Source of the DNA: Terriglobia bacterium | GTDB lineage: Bacteria; Acidobacteriota; Terriglobia; 20CM-2-55-15 | DNA: 64,000 nt | Direction: 5' to 3' | NCBI GenBank assembly: GCA_965198225.1 | Contig: CBDAOY010000009.1 | Location: forward strand, 544,001-608,000 | Shown here: piece after piece, positions 8,988-18,484 of the stretch | How positions within the stretch are numbered: position 1 is the stretch's first letter | How the letters are laid out: each line of letters begins with the position of its first letter | Made by a program: the position numbers and the translations under genes | Notes under the pieces: model-generated | Database searches by the model: none | What the model was told of the DNA's origin: nothing | Seen by the model: only the letters and a program-made list of their open reading frames with translations

Positions 8988-10342
8988 CTAGAATCCAGCG
9001 ATCGACGACAGCGCGCTACTCTGGTTCGTGAGCCGCGACATCGCCAGGTCGGCCGCTGAAAACATCCTCTGGAGTTCCTGCCGCCGGAGTTCCAGCCGCA
9101 GTTGTTGTGCAAGGATCTGATCTCGAACGTTCTTGATCGACGTGTCGAGCGAGGTTCGCGTCGTCTTGATCAGTCCTGCGGTGCCGTCGATGCTCTCGAG
9201 AGCCGACTTGAGGTCGTCGAACACGCCGTCGACCGACCCATCTCCTTGGAAGAGTTTCTGCAAGTCCGTCACGGCCGTATCGAGGGCGGTGTTGAACTTC
9301 TCCTCATCCAGTTTAAGTTTCCCGTCCTGTTCGCGAACTCGACGCCCACCTCGGTCAGGTAGGAGTACTGACCGTTGTTGGTGTTCGCCGTCAGGATCGT
9401 GTTTCGGACGTCCGACAGCGCCTGGCGCAGAATCGAGTCGTTTGCGAGCGGTCCGGGCTTCCCCGTGATGATGTCGTTCTTGCTCTGCTTGTCGTAGAAA
9501 TCCTTCAGGCCGTTGAACTCGGTGATGAACTTCTTGACGTGTTCCTTGAGCGCATCGTAGTCGTTCGTGATGTTGATCGAGGCAGTGCCGGCCTTGACCA
9601 GCGTCACCGTGGCGCCGGGGACCGCGTCGGTTACCGCGTTCGAAGCACTCGTGATCGAAAGGCCGTTGACGGTGAACGCCGAATCCTGAGCATCCTGGCT
9701 GTTGCCGACGCTCGGGCTCTGGCCTACGGCGAACGCGACGACCGGGCCGACGCCGTTGGTCAGGCTGTTGTTGATCGTGAAACCGTTAGCGGCTCCGGTT
9801 GAACGGCTCTGGATGACTAGCTTGTTGTTCGTCCCGTCGTTGACCACTGAAGCGGCGACCCCTGAGTTCTGGTCGTTGATCAGGTTCTTGAGCTCGGTCA
9901 AGCTCGTCGCCGAGCCGATGTTGATCGCGGTGGTCGTCGTGACGCCGATCGTGAACGAAATCGAGCCGCCGTCGGCAGCGGTATCGGTCGTGTTCGTGTA
10001 GCCGTTGGTGGACGCGGTGACCTGCGCCTTGGCCAGTTGCGTGATGTTGAGCGCATACTCGCCGGCGATCGCTCCGTCGCCGAGCGTGACGGTTGCGACC
10101 TCTTCATCGGTCGTAGTGGCCTCGAGGGCCGTAAATGCCGTTGCTACAACAAGATCCCCTACTGGCGTCAGGACTTCGGAAACTTCCGTTCCGAACGTTC
10201 CCAGCGTGGAGTCCTTCTTCTTAAGGCCGATCTCTCTCTGCTGGAGTGACTCTAAGGGTGCGCTTTCGGCTTGGATCGTGACGTCGATGATCTGGTTGAA
10301 ATCGAAGCCGTTGAAACCAGAGAAGTTAATCTCACCAGGCAT
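8988..10342 (-). pseudogene. fliD: Flagellar filament cap FliD, frameshifted near 9331-9336 (real lesion or assembly error)
   Basis: ITQLAKAQ, QDAQDSAFTVNGLSITSASN and TDAVPGATVTL motifs; C-terminal part continues in another frame (DGKLKLDEEKF..LQKLF); removing 2 nt from TTCGCGAA restores the frame. Confidence 0.88.
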
Positions 10343-10383
10343 TGGAATCTCCTCAATCTCTCTCAAACTCGGTTGCAACCATC

Positions 10384-10411
10384 TTATCGGCGACCTCCGG
10401 AGGCCCCTTTA
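10384..10411 (-). promoter_or_regulatory. Sigma28-type promoter of fliD-fliS
   Basis: TAAA-N16-GCCGATAA with consensus boxes. Confidence 0.85.
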
Positions 10412-10462
10412 GAGGCCCCCAGAGGTTTTTTCGCCGTACTTCGAGTTATTACCAAGTTATTA

Positions 10463-11290
10463 CTATCTGAGGAGCTGGAGCACGGCCTGCGACGACTGGT
10501 TCGCCTGAGACAGTGCGGCCAAACCGCTCTGTGTCAGGATGTTGAACTTCGTCAACGATGCCGCTTCCTCGGCCACGTTGGCGTCGCGGATCCGAGATTC
10601 GGAAGCCCGCACGCTGACCGACATCGTCTGGGCCTGCGAGACGGCGAACGTCAGCCGGTTCATCGCCGCACCGACCCGACCCTGCACCGTACCGAGAGTA
10701 CCGATCGCGGTCTGGATGTTCGTGATCGAGGTGTTGGCGTTGGCCTGGCTGGTGATGTTCTGGGTGCTGATGCCCAGTCCCTGAGCGTCGACAGCCGTCG
10801 TCAGCGCGAAAGAGACGTAGGTGACGCTGGCGGACGTACTCGTCTGCGTGTTGCCGACGAAGACCGACCGTGCGTTCAGGTTGGCGTTACTGGTCTCGAT
10901 ACCGGCCGCCTGGGCGTTTCGGGTGATTTCCGAAAGCACAGACTGGAACTCGGAGTCCAGGGTCGCCCGGGAACCGGTGAAGGTGTCCGAGGCCGCCTGG
11001 CTGGCCAGAGTCAGGGCCCGATCCAGCAGCGACGAGATGTTGTTTATCGCGCCGTCTTCGATCTGGAGCTTGCTGATGGCGTCGTTGGCGCTGCGGATAC
11101 CGATGCTCAGACCGGTGTTATCCAGCTTGTGCCGGTTGGCCACGGCGAGACCGGCGGCGTCGTCGGCTGCGCTGTTGATGCGCAGTCCCGAGGTCAGTCG
11201 CGCCAGTGTCCGCTGAAGACCCATCTGGGTTCCATCCAGCGTCGCCTGGGCGTTGATCGACGAAAGGTTCGTTACAACTGAAAAGCTCAT
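10463..11290 (-). CDS. fliC: Flagellin 3 (275 aa)
   Basis: Flagellin motifs; near-identical to flagellins 1 and 2; stop followed by TAA TAA. Confidence 0.95.
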   Translation of the reverse strand: MSFSVVTNLSSINAQATLDGTQMGLQRTLARLTSGLRINSAADDAAGLAVANRHKLDNTGLSIGIRSANDAISKLQIEDGAINNISSLLDRALTLASQAASDTFTGSRATLDSEFQSVLSEITRNAQAAGIETSNANLNARSVFVGNTQTSTSASVTYVSFALTTAVDAQGLGISTQNITSQANANTSITNIQTAIGTLGTVQGRVGAAMNRLTFAVSQAQTMSVSVRASESRIRDANVAEEAASLTKFNILTQSGLAALSQANQSSQAVLQLLR

Positions 11291-11319
11291 TAATCAAATC
11301 CTCCATGAAATTACTGGTA

Positions 11320-11337
11320 GCCGGCATCCCTGCCGGC
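11320..11337 (-). promoter_or_regulatory. Putative CsrA-binding hairpin in the flagellin 3 leader
   Basis: GCCGGC-AGGGAT-GCCGGC plus further GGA motifs. Confidence 0.65.
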
Positions 11338-11355
11338 GCGATCCTCCAACAATCC

Positions 11356-11462
11356 GTTTCTTGGAGTGTCATCATTCGTATCGAGCCTGAGTTTCTCGTC
11401 CACAGGTGGTGTTCCCGCACGCCCGACGGTTTCTTGGAGTGTCATCATTCGTATCGAGCCTG
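11356..11462. repeat. 34-bp direct repeat (11356-11389 and 11429-11462)
   Basis: GTTTCTTGGAGTGTCATCATTCGTATCGAGCCTG occurs twice, 39 bp apart. Confidence 0.9.
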
Positions 11463-11478
11463 CCCCCGGCGAACTTTA
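11451..11478 (-). promoter_or_regulatory. Sigma28-type promoter of flagellin 3
   Basis: TAAA-N16-CTCGATAC. Confidence 0.6.
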
Positions 11479-11559
11479 GCGGGAATGTCAAAAAAATGGC
11501 ACCCACCTGGAGCCCGTAGAGAAGTGGGCGGTTGGAGCAGATGAGCAGCTTGGCGGCTT

Positions 11560-11575
11560 TGGCTTCCCGCTTGCA
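11560..11575 (+). promoter_or_regulatory. Possible sigma54 -24/-12 promoter of the glycosylation cluster
   Basis: TGGC-N7-TTGCA with canonical spacing, just upstream of ATG 11587. Confidence 0.4.
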
Positions 11576-11586
11576 CTTCCCGGGGT

Positions 11587-13365
11587 ATGGATGACGGCAT
11601 ATCTCTGTGCATGATCGTTAAGAATGAAGAAGATTGGGTCGAACAGGCCATCGACAGTGTCATTTCAATAGTCAACGAAGTCATAATTGTGGACACTGGG
11701 AGCACCGACCGGACGCTGGAGCGGGTCGAGAAGTTCAAGCCCCGGATCATCCATAGCGAGTGGAAGGACCACTTCGGCAACGCCCGAAACGTCTCCCTGG
11801 ATGCCGCGCTATACTCCTGGATTCTGGTCCTGGATGCGGACGAGTGCATTGCACCCGCCGACCTCCGTTTTCTCCAGGAAGCCATGGCCGAGCCTGGCCA
11901 CGGGTACCACCTGACTCAGAGGAACTATGTCTACCAGAATCAGGTCCACGGCTGGGAGCGGAATACGACGGCCTACGAGGAGGGTCGGGATTACCCTGGA
12001 TACGTCGATAACCCCCTGATCCGCTTCTTCCGCAACGATCCCGAGCTCCGGTTCCATGGAGCCGTGCACGAAATCGTCGATCCGACCCGGCTTCCGAAGG
12101 AATTCCGCTTCTCAAATCTGCCGGCGGTCATCCACCACTACGGCAAAGTTCGAGGAGAGGAGCGTCTCCAGGCTAAACAGCACCTATACCTGAGGTTGGG
12201 GAAGAAAAAACTTCAGGAAGACCCCACTAACGCCAAGGCCTACATGGATTACGGCATCCAGCTTCAGGAGCTCGGCCGGCATGACGAAGCGCGGGAACCC
12301 TTCCTCAAGGCCTTCGAGACGGGAGGGAACCCGCTGAGCCTGCTCCATTGCGCCGTATCGGAGAAGACGCTCGAAGGGCTCCAGTCGGCCGCGGAACTGC
12401 TTGAAAAAGCGGCCCGCCATGGTCTGGACTCCTTTGAGCTGCACCTCGAGCGGGGCAACGTTGAGCTCGCCCTCGGTGACTTCCAGAAAGCCCAGGATCA
12501 TTACTGGGCCTGCCTGGAGCGAAGCGTCGGATCGCCGGTCGCGACCTTCAACATAGGCCTGACGTATAAGAAGATGGGGAAGCTCGATAAGGCCGAAAAC
12601 TATTATGAGCGCGCGCGGAGCCTGGATCCCGCTTTCCCAGAGCCCGCCCTGGAACTCGCCGCCCTGTGGACCGATCGGGGCCAGTTCCGTGAAGCGGCGG
12701 CGATCCTGGAGCCCATCGTGGAGGCCAATCCCGGGAGACGGGAGTCGCGCCTGGCGCTTGCGAAGACTTACCTTCTCCTCAAGGAACCCGATGACGCCGT
12801 CAGCCTTCTGGATAACCAGTTAGACGACGACCCGGTGGCTGAATCACTGCGTGGAGCCGCGCACCTCGAGCGCGGGGACCACGATACCGCCCGAGCACAC
12901 CTCGAGAAAGCGATCCGCGCCGACTCCTCTCTCGTCGATGCCCGGATCAACGTGAGCCACGTTTACGGCCACACGGGCGAGTTCGCTCGCGCCGTGAGGC
13001 ATCTCCGACAGGGGTTTGAACAGACGGGCAACAGGGCGCTGCTGCCGTCGCTGAGTATTTACGAGGCCCGCGCCGGCATGCTCGACGATGCGCTCGCCCA
13101 CCTGGATGAAGTCATCCAGTCGGAGGAAGCCACCAGCGATCACTGGATTTACCGCGGCCTGATCCTCGAGCAGAAGCAACTTTGGGACGAAGCCCGATCC
13201 CATTATCGAACCATGGCGGAACGACTTCCCGAGCTCGTCGACTGGGTTGGTCAGAAACTTCAGGGTCTGCCGGGCACCGATGTGGTCGTTGGAATCAGCG
13301 AGAATGTCGCGGTCTGGAACGAATCCGAGAATGCCCTTAGGAACGATGAGAGTCGCCATATATAA
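11587..13365 (+). CDS. GT2 glycosyltransferase with TPR repeats (probable flagellin glycosyltransferase)
   Basis: ISLCMIVKNEE, IVDTGSTDRT, LDADE and FHGAVHE motifs; C-terminal TPRs; divergent from flagellin 3. Confidence 0.9.
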   Translation: MDDGISLCMIVKNEEDWVEQAIDSVISIVNEVIIVDTGSTDRTLERVEKFKPRIIHSEWKDHFGNARNVSLDAALYSWILVLDADECIAPADLRFLQEAMAEPGHGYHLTQRNYVYQNQVHGWERNTTAYEEGRDYPGYVDNPLIRFFRNDPELRFHGAVHEIVDPTRLPKEFRFSNLPAVIHHYGKVRGEERLQAKQHLYLRLGKKKLQEDPTNAKAYMDYGIQLQELGRHDEAREPFLKAFETGGNPLSLLHCAVSEKTLEGLQSAAELLEKAARHGLDSFELHLERGNVELALGDFQKAQDHYWACLERSVGSPVATFNIGLTYKKMGKLDKAENYYERARSLDPAFPEPALELAALWTDRGQFREAAAILEPIVEANPGRRESRLALAKTYLLLKEPDDAVSLLDNQLDDDPVAESLRGAAHLERGDHDTARAHLEKAIRADSSLVDARINVSHVYGHTGEFARAVRHLRQGFEQTGNRALLPSLSIYEARAGMLDDALAHLDEVIQSEEATSDHWIYRGLILEQKQLWDEARSHYRTMAERLPELVDWVGQKLQGLPGTDVVVGISENVAVWNESENALRNDESRHI

Positions 13366-14599
13366 CAACGGAATCCCCTTCGATGGTCATACGCCGCTGA
13401 GGGGTCCGCTGGGAGGCAGTGAAAGCGGGATCGTCTACATGGCCCGCGAGCTCGCCTCGATCGGCCACGACGTTTCGGTCTATTCGAACTGCTCCAATCC
13501 GGGCGACTACGACGGGGTCGACTACAGGCACTACCATCGCTTCTTCGACGAGTTCCCTTCCACCCCTTGGGATGTTTTCATCTCCCTCCGGTCGTTCGAC
13601 CCGTTTCTCGTAGGCAGGGTCGCGCCGCGAACGATCTTCTGGACCGATGACGCCCACGATCAGCCCGCGATCGCAAACCTCGGGCACAGCGTCCTGCAGG
13701 ACAACATCGACCTTCATTTCTGTGTCAGCGAGTGGCAGCGCGGGACGTTCATCGAGACCTTCTCGCTGCCGGGTGAGAAGGTTGTGGTGACCCGCAACGG
13801 GTTTCGCGCCGATCTGATTCCCGAACCCTCGGAGAAAGTCTGGACCAACGGCGTCTATTCGAGCACCCCGTTCCGGGGGCTTCAGGGGCTTCTGGAGATG
13901 TTTCCACGCATTCGACGCGACGTTTCCGACATGACGCTCGACGTGTTCAGCAGCATGAAGGTCTACGGATGGGCGGAAGACAGCGACCGCGATACCTATG
14001 GAGCGATCTACCGCACCGCCGATCAGGATGGCGTCACGATGCACGGCAGCGTTCGGCAGACTCTGCTGCTGGATCATCTTTCCAGAAGCGGCTTCCTGCT
14101 GTACCCGAACACGTTCGAAGAGACCTCCTGCATCGCCGCGATCGAGGCTCAAGCCTGTGGGGCGGTGGTCGTCACTTCCGCCAAGGCCGGGCTCAAGGAG
14201 ACAGTAGAGAACGGATCGACGGGGGTGTGTATCGAGGGAGACCCGGCGTCGGAGGACTATCGCCGGGCCTTCGTTCAGGCTGTCTCCCAACTGGCCGGCA
14301 ACCGGGAGCGTCTCTCGTCGATGTCCGGGGCGGCCCGCCGGCGAGCATTCGACCTCTATTCCTGGCGTTCCATCGCCCGGGAGTGGATCGAACTGTTCGA
14401 GGCAATCGCGCCGCGTCCGGTGCCGGGCCGATGGTCGGGTCCGCTCGTGATGCTCCAGAAAGCGCACGAGTACCTGGCGAAAGGAAACATAAATGCATCT
14501 CAGAAGATTTTGGGCCGACTCGAAACGCAGCCCTTCTTCGAAGCGGAGATCAAAGATCTAGGGCAGAAGTTATTGAAAACGGGGGCCCGAGCCTCTTGA
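13346..14599 (+). CDS. GT4-family glycosyltransferase
   Basis: LGGSESG, YSSTPFRGL and FEETSCIAAIEAQACG (EX7E) motifs; ATG at 13346. Confidence 0.88.
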   Translation: MRVAIYNNGIPFDGHTPLRGPLGGSESGIVYMARELASIGHDVSVYSNCSNPGDYDGVDYRHYHRFFDEFPSTPWDVFISLRSFDPFLVGRVAPRTIFWTDDAHDQPAIANLGHSVLQDNIDLHFCVSEWQRGTFIETFSLPGEKVVVTRNGFRADLIPEPSEKVWTNGVYSSTPFRGLQGLLEMFPRIRRDVSDMTLDVFSSMKVYGWAEDSDRDTYGAIYRTADQDGVTMHGSVRQTLLLDHLSRSGFLLYPNTFEETSCIAAIEAQACGAVVVTSAKAGLKETVENGSTGVCIEGDPASEDYRRAFVQAVSQLAGNRERLSSMSGAARRRAFDLYSWRSIAREWIELFEAIAPRPVPGRWSGPLVMLQKAHEYLAKGNINASQKILGRLETQPFFEAEIKDLGQKLLKTGARAS

Positions 14600-14672
14600 A
14601 AGAGGAACCGGCACCCAACAGCTCAGACGTCGAGATAATGACGTCGACAGAGCTCTCAACTGGAGCGACGCA

Positions 14673-15263
14673 ATGAATATCCGAATGAACCAGGACGTGA
14701 TCGACGTGCCTGGAGAGCTGGCCACGTGGGGCGAACTGCTGGACTGGCTCGAGACGGACTATCTGAAATCAGGTCAGTGCATTACGAGAGTTTCATTCGG
14801 CCGGGAAGAGGCCATGTACTACCGCGATCAGGGACTCTGCGGACAGGAACTTCAGGAACTGAGTGAGATTGACATCGAGAGTGGAGACTTTGACAGTGTC
14901 GTTCGGGAGTCGCTCCTGGAGCTCGATCAGGAGCTGATCCGCGTTGCAGAGACCGGGTCCGAGATCGTTCGTCTGTTCGAAAACCGTGATCAGGAGGGGG
15001 CCTACACCCTGCTGGGGAAGTACCTGGAGTCGCTGCGCGTGCTGTTTGCGATCTTTAGCGAGATCGGCTGGCCCGCGCAGGACGGGGAAGAAACGAGCAC
15101 GGCCGCACTCACGGCCTCTCTGGAGCAGGCGCTGGCGCAGTTGATCTCCGCCCAGGAAAACGGTTTCTGGATTTCTGTGTGCGACGTCCTGGAATACGAA
15201 ATCACCCCGATTCTGGATGGGTGGAAGAGTCTTGTTCAGAAAACAAGTGTCCACATCAACTGA
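14673..15263 (+). CDS. Hypothetical acidic protein in the flagellar glycosylation cluster
   Basis: 196-aa ORF with GGAG SD, co-oriented with neighbours; C-terminal AQENGFWISVCDVLEYEI. Confidence 0.7.
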   Translation: MNIRMNQDVIDVPGELATWGELLDWLETDYLKSGQCITRVSFGREEAMYYRDQGLCGQELQELSEIDIESGDFDSVVRESLLELDQELIRVAETGSEIVRLFENRDQEGAYTLLGKYLESLRVLFAIFSEIGWPAQDGEETSTAALTASLEQALAQLISAQENGFWISVCDVLEYEITPILDGWKSLVQKTSVHIN

Positions 15264-16197
15264 CAATCAGACCGAAACGCGCGTGGGTTTTGTCGTCGAC
15301 GCCGGGCCGGAACTCGGCTATGGCCACGCGGTGCGTTGTCTCCGCATCGCCCGCCGGCTCGCGCGGGAAGTCGGGGTCGTCTTCTATCCGCTTTCCGAGG
15401 AATGCCGCCGGTTCGTGTCGGGCCAGGGTGCTGAGATCCGGTCCCAAGAGCCCTTCCCCGAACTCGTCATCACCGATCTGCGACAGCAGGACGGGATCAC
15501 GGCTGAGATCCGCCGACAGGGTTGCCGGCACGTCAGCATTCATGATCTCGGACTGGCCCAGTGCCACTCCGACGTTCTCATCGACGGCAGCATCACGACG
15601 CTTTTTCCCTACTCCGATGATCGCCACCGAAAGATGTTCGTGGGGCCCAGGTACATGATCACCGAGCCGCGTTCCACCAGGCGCCATGTTGCTCCGAACG
15701 TCGCTTTGATCAGCCTCGGCGGCGGCGCGACACACGAGTTCACCGACTCGGTTGCGGATGCGCTCCGCGCAGCCGGATTGGACGTCTATGCCACGACGGG
15801 CTTCGGACCAGGCCGCCCTACACCGCGGAACTCTCGCATTCGTTGGATAAGAGACGAAGCCGACATCCGCGATGTCGTGGGGCGATGTGCCCTGGCCATC
15901 AGTGGGGCCGGTGTTTCCCTGTACGAAATGCTGGCGTCGGGGGTCCCGACAATCGCCCTCAGTTTCGACTGGCTTCAGCTGCGGACGGCAGAAGCGTTCC
16001 AGGAACGGGGAGCGACGCGTAGTGCCGGATTGATTTCAAAACTAAGTCCCGCCGAGCTTGCGGAATTTGCCAGAGATCTGCTCGGGAACAGTGCACTGAT
16101 GAGCCGACTTGCCGAGGCCGGTCGAAAACTGGTGGACGGCAAGGGCTTGCTCAGAGTGACCGAAATAGTGAGGAGAGAACTATGTCTGACAACCTAA
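15217..16197 (+). CDS. PseG/SpsG-like UDP-sugar hydrolase
   Basis: VDAGPELGYGHAVRCL, ISLGGG, AISGAGVSLYE..SGVP and LVDGKG motifs; start may be GTG 15247. Confidence 0.82.
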   Translation: MGGRVLFRKQVSTSTDNQTETRVGFVVDAGPELGYGHAVRCLRIARRLAREVGVVFYPLSEECRRFVSGQGAEIRSQEPFPELVITDLRQQDGITAEIRRQGCRHVSIHDLGLAQCHSDVLIDGSITTLFPYSDDRHRKMFVGPRYMITEPRSTRRHVAPNVALISLGGGATHEFTDSVADALRAAGLDVYATTGFGPGRPTPRNSRIRWIRDEADIRDVVGRCALAISGAGVSLYEMLASGVPTIALSFDWLQLRTAEAFQERGATRSAGLISKLSPAELAEFARDLLGNSALMSRLAEAGRKLVDGKGLLRVTEIVRRELCLTT

Positions 16198-17225
16198 ACA
16201 ACAACCTTTTCGACAGGCTGACGAGCGAGACTCAGAAAGTCTATTTCGTGGCGGAGGCCGGTCTCAATCACGGCGGGTCCAGAGAAAAGGCGGTGGCGAT
16301 GGTGCGGGCGGCCAAGTGGGCCGGCGCGGACGCTATCAAGTTCCAGACCTTCAAGACCGAGAAACTGACCTCGCGGAGGCGTGCGGAGCTTACCCACACC
16401 AAAGGGAAGGATCTACAGGAGCTTTTCAAGAAACTGGAGCTGGACTTCGATTCCTTCCGTTCCCTGCACCGCGAGGCGAACCGCCTGGGCATTGAGTTTC
16501 TCTCCACTCCTTTCGACGAGGAAAGTGCGGACTTTCTCGCCGAGCTCGGCGTGGGCGCCTATAAGATCGCCTCGGGAGACATCACCCATCGCCCCCTTAT
16601 CAAACACGTCGCCGCAAAAGGCAAGCCGATCCTGCTGTCGACCGGTATGAGCACCCCCGAGGAGATCGAGAAAGCGATCGATTGGGTTTACACCCAGGAA
16701 AATCAACAGGTGATCCTGCTGCACTGCGTGTCGGCCTACCCGCCCCGGCTCGACGAGTTGAACCTCAAGTCGGTGGAGTTCCTGCGAGATCGGTTCGGAC
16801 TTCCCGTTGGTTTCTCCGATCATAGTGACAGCACCATTGGCGCGATCATCGCTGTTTCTCTCGGCGCGCAGATTATCGAGCGTCATTTCATGCTCGATAC
16901 CCGAGGGGACATCCCCGACCGCGCGGTGTCGTTCGACGCCAAACACCTGCGTTCGCACATCCAGGAACTTCGGGCCATCGGTCCGATCCTCGGACAGCGG
17001 GACAAGTTTGCCACCGAGACCGAAAGCCAGAACATAACGGCTTCGCGCCGGGCCCTGTACGCGAAGCGACCGATCGCTCCGGGCGAGACGATCTCCCGGG
17101 ACATGCTCTACGCTCTGCGACCGGCTGACGGCATCTCGCCGGAGTTCGTGGATGACGTCGTGGGGCGTCAGGCGAACAGCTCGATCGACGAAAACGAACC
17201 TGTTCAGTGGGATTCAATCGGATGA
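16182..17225 (+). CDS. Nonulosonic acid synthase (NeuB/PseI/SpsE family) with SAF domain
   Basis: AEAGLNH, ADAIKFQTF, STPFD, KIASG, LHCVSAYP, GFSDH and IERHF motifs. Confidence 0.93.
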   Translation: MSDNLNNNLFDRLTSETQKVYFVAEAGLNHGGSREKAVAMVRAAKWAGADAIKFQTFKTEKLTSRRRAELTHTKGKDLQELFKKLELDFDSFRSLHREANRLGIEFLSTPFDEESADFLAELGVGAYKIASGDITHRPLIKHVAAKGKPILLSTGMSTPEEIEKAIDWVYTQENQQVILLHCVSAYPPRLDELNLKSVEFLRDRFGLPVGFSDHSDSTIGAIIAVSLGAQIIERHFMLDTRGDIPDRAVSFDAKHLRSHIQELRAIGPILGQRDKFATETESQNITASRRALYAKRPIAPGETISRDMLYALRPADGISPEFVDDVVGRQANSSIDENEPVQWDSIG

Positions 17226-18253
17226 AAAAAGTCAACGTACTTGTAACTGCAGCGTCGCGAAGAGTCGGCCTGGTCCGCGCCTTTCGTCACGCCGTCGAGA
17301 AATTCGGCAAGGGGCGTGTTGTAACGACCGACATCAACTCGATGTCCCCTGCCATGTATTTCGGCCATCGGAACCACATCGTGCCCTTGACGACCGATCC
17401 GGGCTACATCCCCATCATCGAGAGTATCTGCGACGTAGAGGACATCCACCTGATCGTTCCGACGATCGACGACGAGCTGACGATATTGGCGCGGGAACGT
17501 GCCCGTTTCGAGGATGCAGGCGTACGGATTGCCGTCTCGAGTGAAGAGACCGGGCTGATCTGTAACGACAAGTACCGGACTTACGAGTTCGCCGTCCAGA
17601 ACGGGATCGAGACGCCCACGACGCGACTCCCCGAAGAGCTTGATTTCGGACAGCTCCAGTACCCGGTCATGGTGAAACCCCGCCACGGCCGCGGCGGCAT
17701 CCAGGTGTTTCAGGCCTGGGATGAGCGCCAGGTGCGTTTCTTCTGTGATTACGTTCCCGAACCGATCATTCAGGACTTCCTGGAGGGTACCGAGTTCACG
17801 GTCGATGTCTGTTCGGACTTCGAGGGTCGGGTACTCTCGGTGGTTCCCCGCGAACGGTTGGTGATACGTGCCGGTGTGAGCGACAAGGGGATTACACGCA
17901 AGAATAAGGACGTGCTGGAGTTTGCCCGGAATGTCGCCGAGAGCCTCGGGACTGTGGGCGCCGCCAACATCCAATGTAAATGGGACGGGAGCAGCGTTAG
18001 CCTCATCGAGGTGAACCCCCGTTTTTCGGGCGGTATACCGTTGACGATCGCCGCCGGCGCGGATTTCGCTTCATGGCTCGTCCAGCTGAGAGCTGGAACC
18101 GAGGTGCGTTCCCAGATCGGTCGATTCCAGGAAAACCTCACGATGATGAGCTTCGAGGACAGTGTCTTCGCGCGTGAGGACCAGCTGAACATCCGAGGGA
18201 GTCAATCGCCGCGGCGATTCGCCCGGACTAACACGACCGCGTATGTGAACTGA
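17222..18253 (+). CDS. ATP-grasp protein (carbamoyl-phosphate-synthase-like)
   Basis: VPTIDDEL, ICNDKY, VKPRHGRGG, EFTVD and IEVNPRFSGG motifs. Confidence 0.88.
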   Translation: MKKVNVLVTAASRRVGLVRAFRHAVEKFGKGRVVTTDINSMSPAMYFGHRNHIVPLTTDPGYIPIIESICDVEDIHLIVPTIDDELTILARERARFEDAGVRIAVSSEETGLICNDKYRTYEFAVQNGIETPTTRLPEELDFGQLQYPVMVKPRHGRGGIQVFQAWDERQVRFFCDYVPEPIIQDFLEGTEFTVDVCSDFEGRVLSVVPRERLVIRAGVSDKGITRKNKDVLEFARNVAESLGTVGAANIQCKWDGSSVSLIEVNPRFSGGIPLTIAAGADFASWLVQLRAGTEVRSQIGRFQENLTMMSFEDSVFAREDQLNIRGSQSPRRFARTNTTAYVN

Positions 18254-18259
18254 GGAACT

Positions 18260-18322
18260 GTAGGTGCGCTCTATGAGCGCACAAATCGTCGCTCTGTGTG
18301 TGCGGTCATAGACCGCACCTAC
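18260..18322. repeat. GTAG-type REP doublet (REPIN/BIME-like)
   Basis: GTAGGTGCGCTCTATGAGCGCAC ... GTGCGGTCATAGACCGCACCTAC in inverted orientation. Confidence 0.85.
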
Positions 18323-18367
18323 ACCCAAATTGTTCTACAGGGCGCGGCAAAGCGGTTCCGGAGTGCA

Positions 18368-18395
18368 TAAAGGTTTGATCTAAAACATCCGATGA
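18368..18395 (+). promoter_or_regulatory. Sigma28-type promoter of the hybrid kinase
   Basis: TAAA-N16-TCCGATGA; it overlaps the ORF-track ATG, so the true start is downstream. Confidence 0.7.
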
Positions 18396-18484
18396 GTACG
18401 AACGTAATGTCGTATCTGGTTCCATCAACGCCACAGGCGGCGACTCCGCCGTGGGTGGAGCCGCCAGCGCCGGAGCTGGACTTC

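Noticed and set aside
10271-11281. 336-aa plus-strand ORF and similar long antisense ORFs (13337-14467, 57000-58058, 58305-59834)
   Set aside because: Shadow frames opposite well-supported genes in GC-rich DNA, with no recognisable motifs
11356-11462. CRISPR mini-array (GTTT-starting 34-bp repeat with 39-bp spacer)
   Set aside because: Only two copies, no palindrome, no cas genes, and it overlaps a sigma28 promoter
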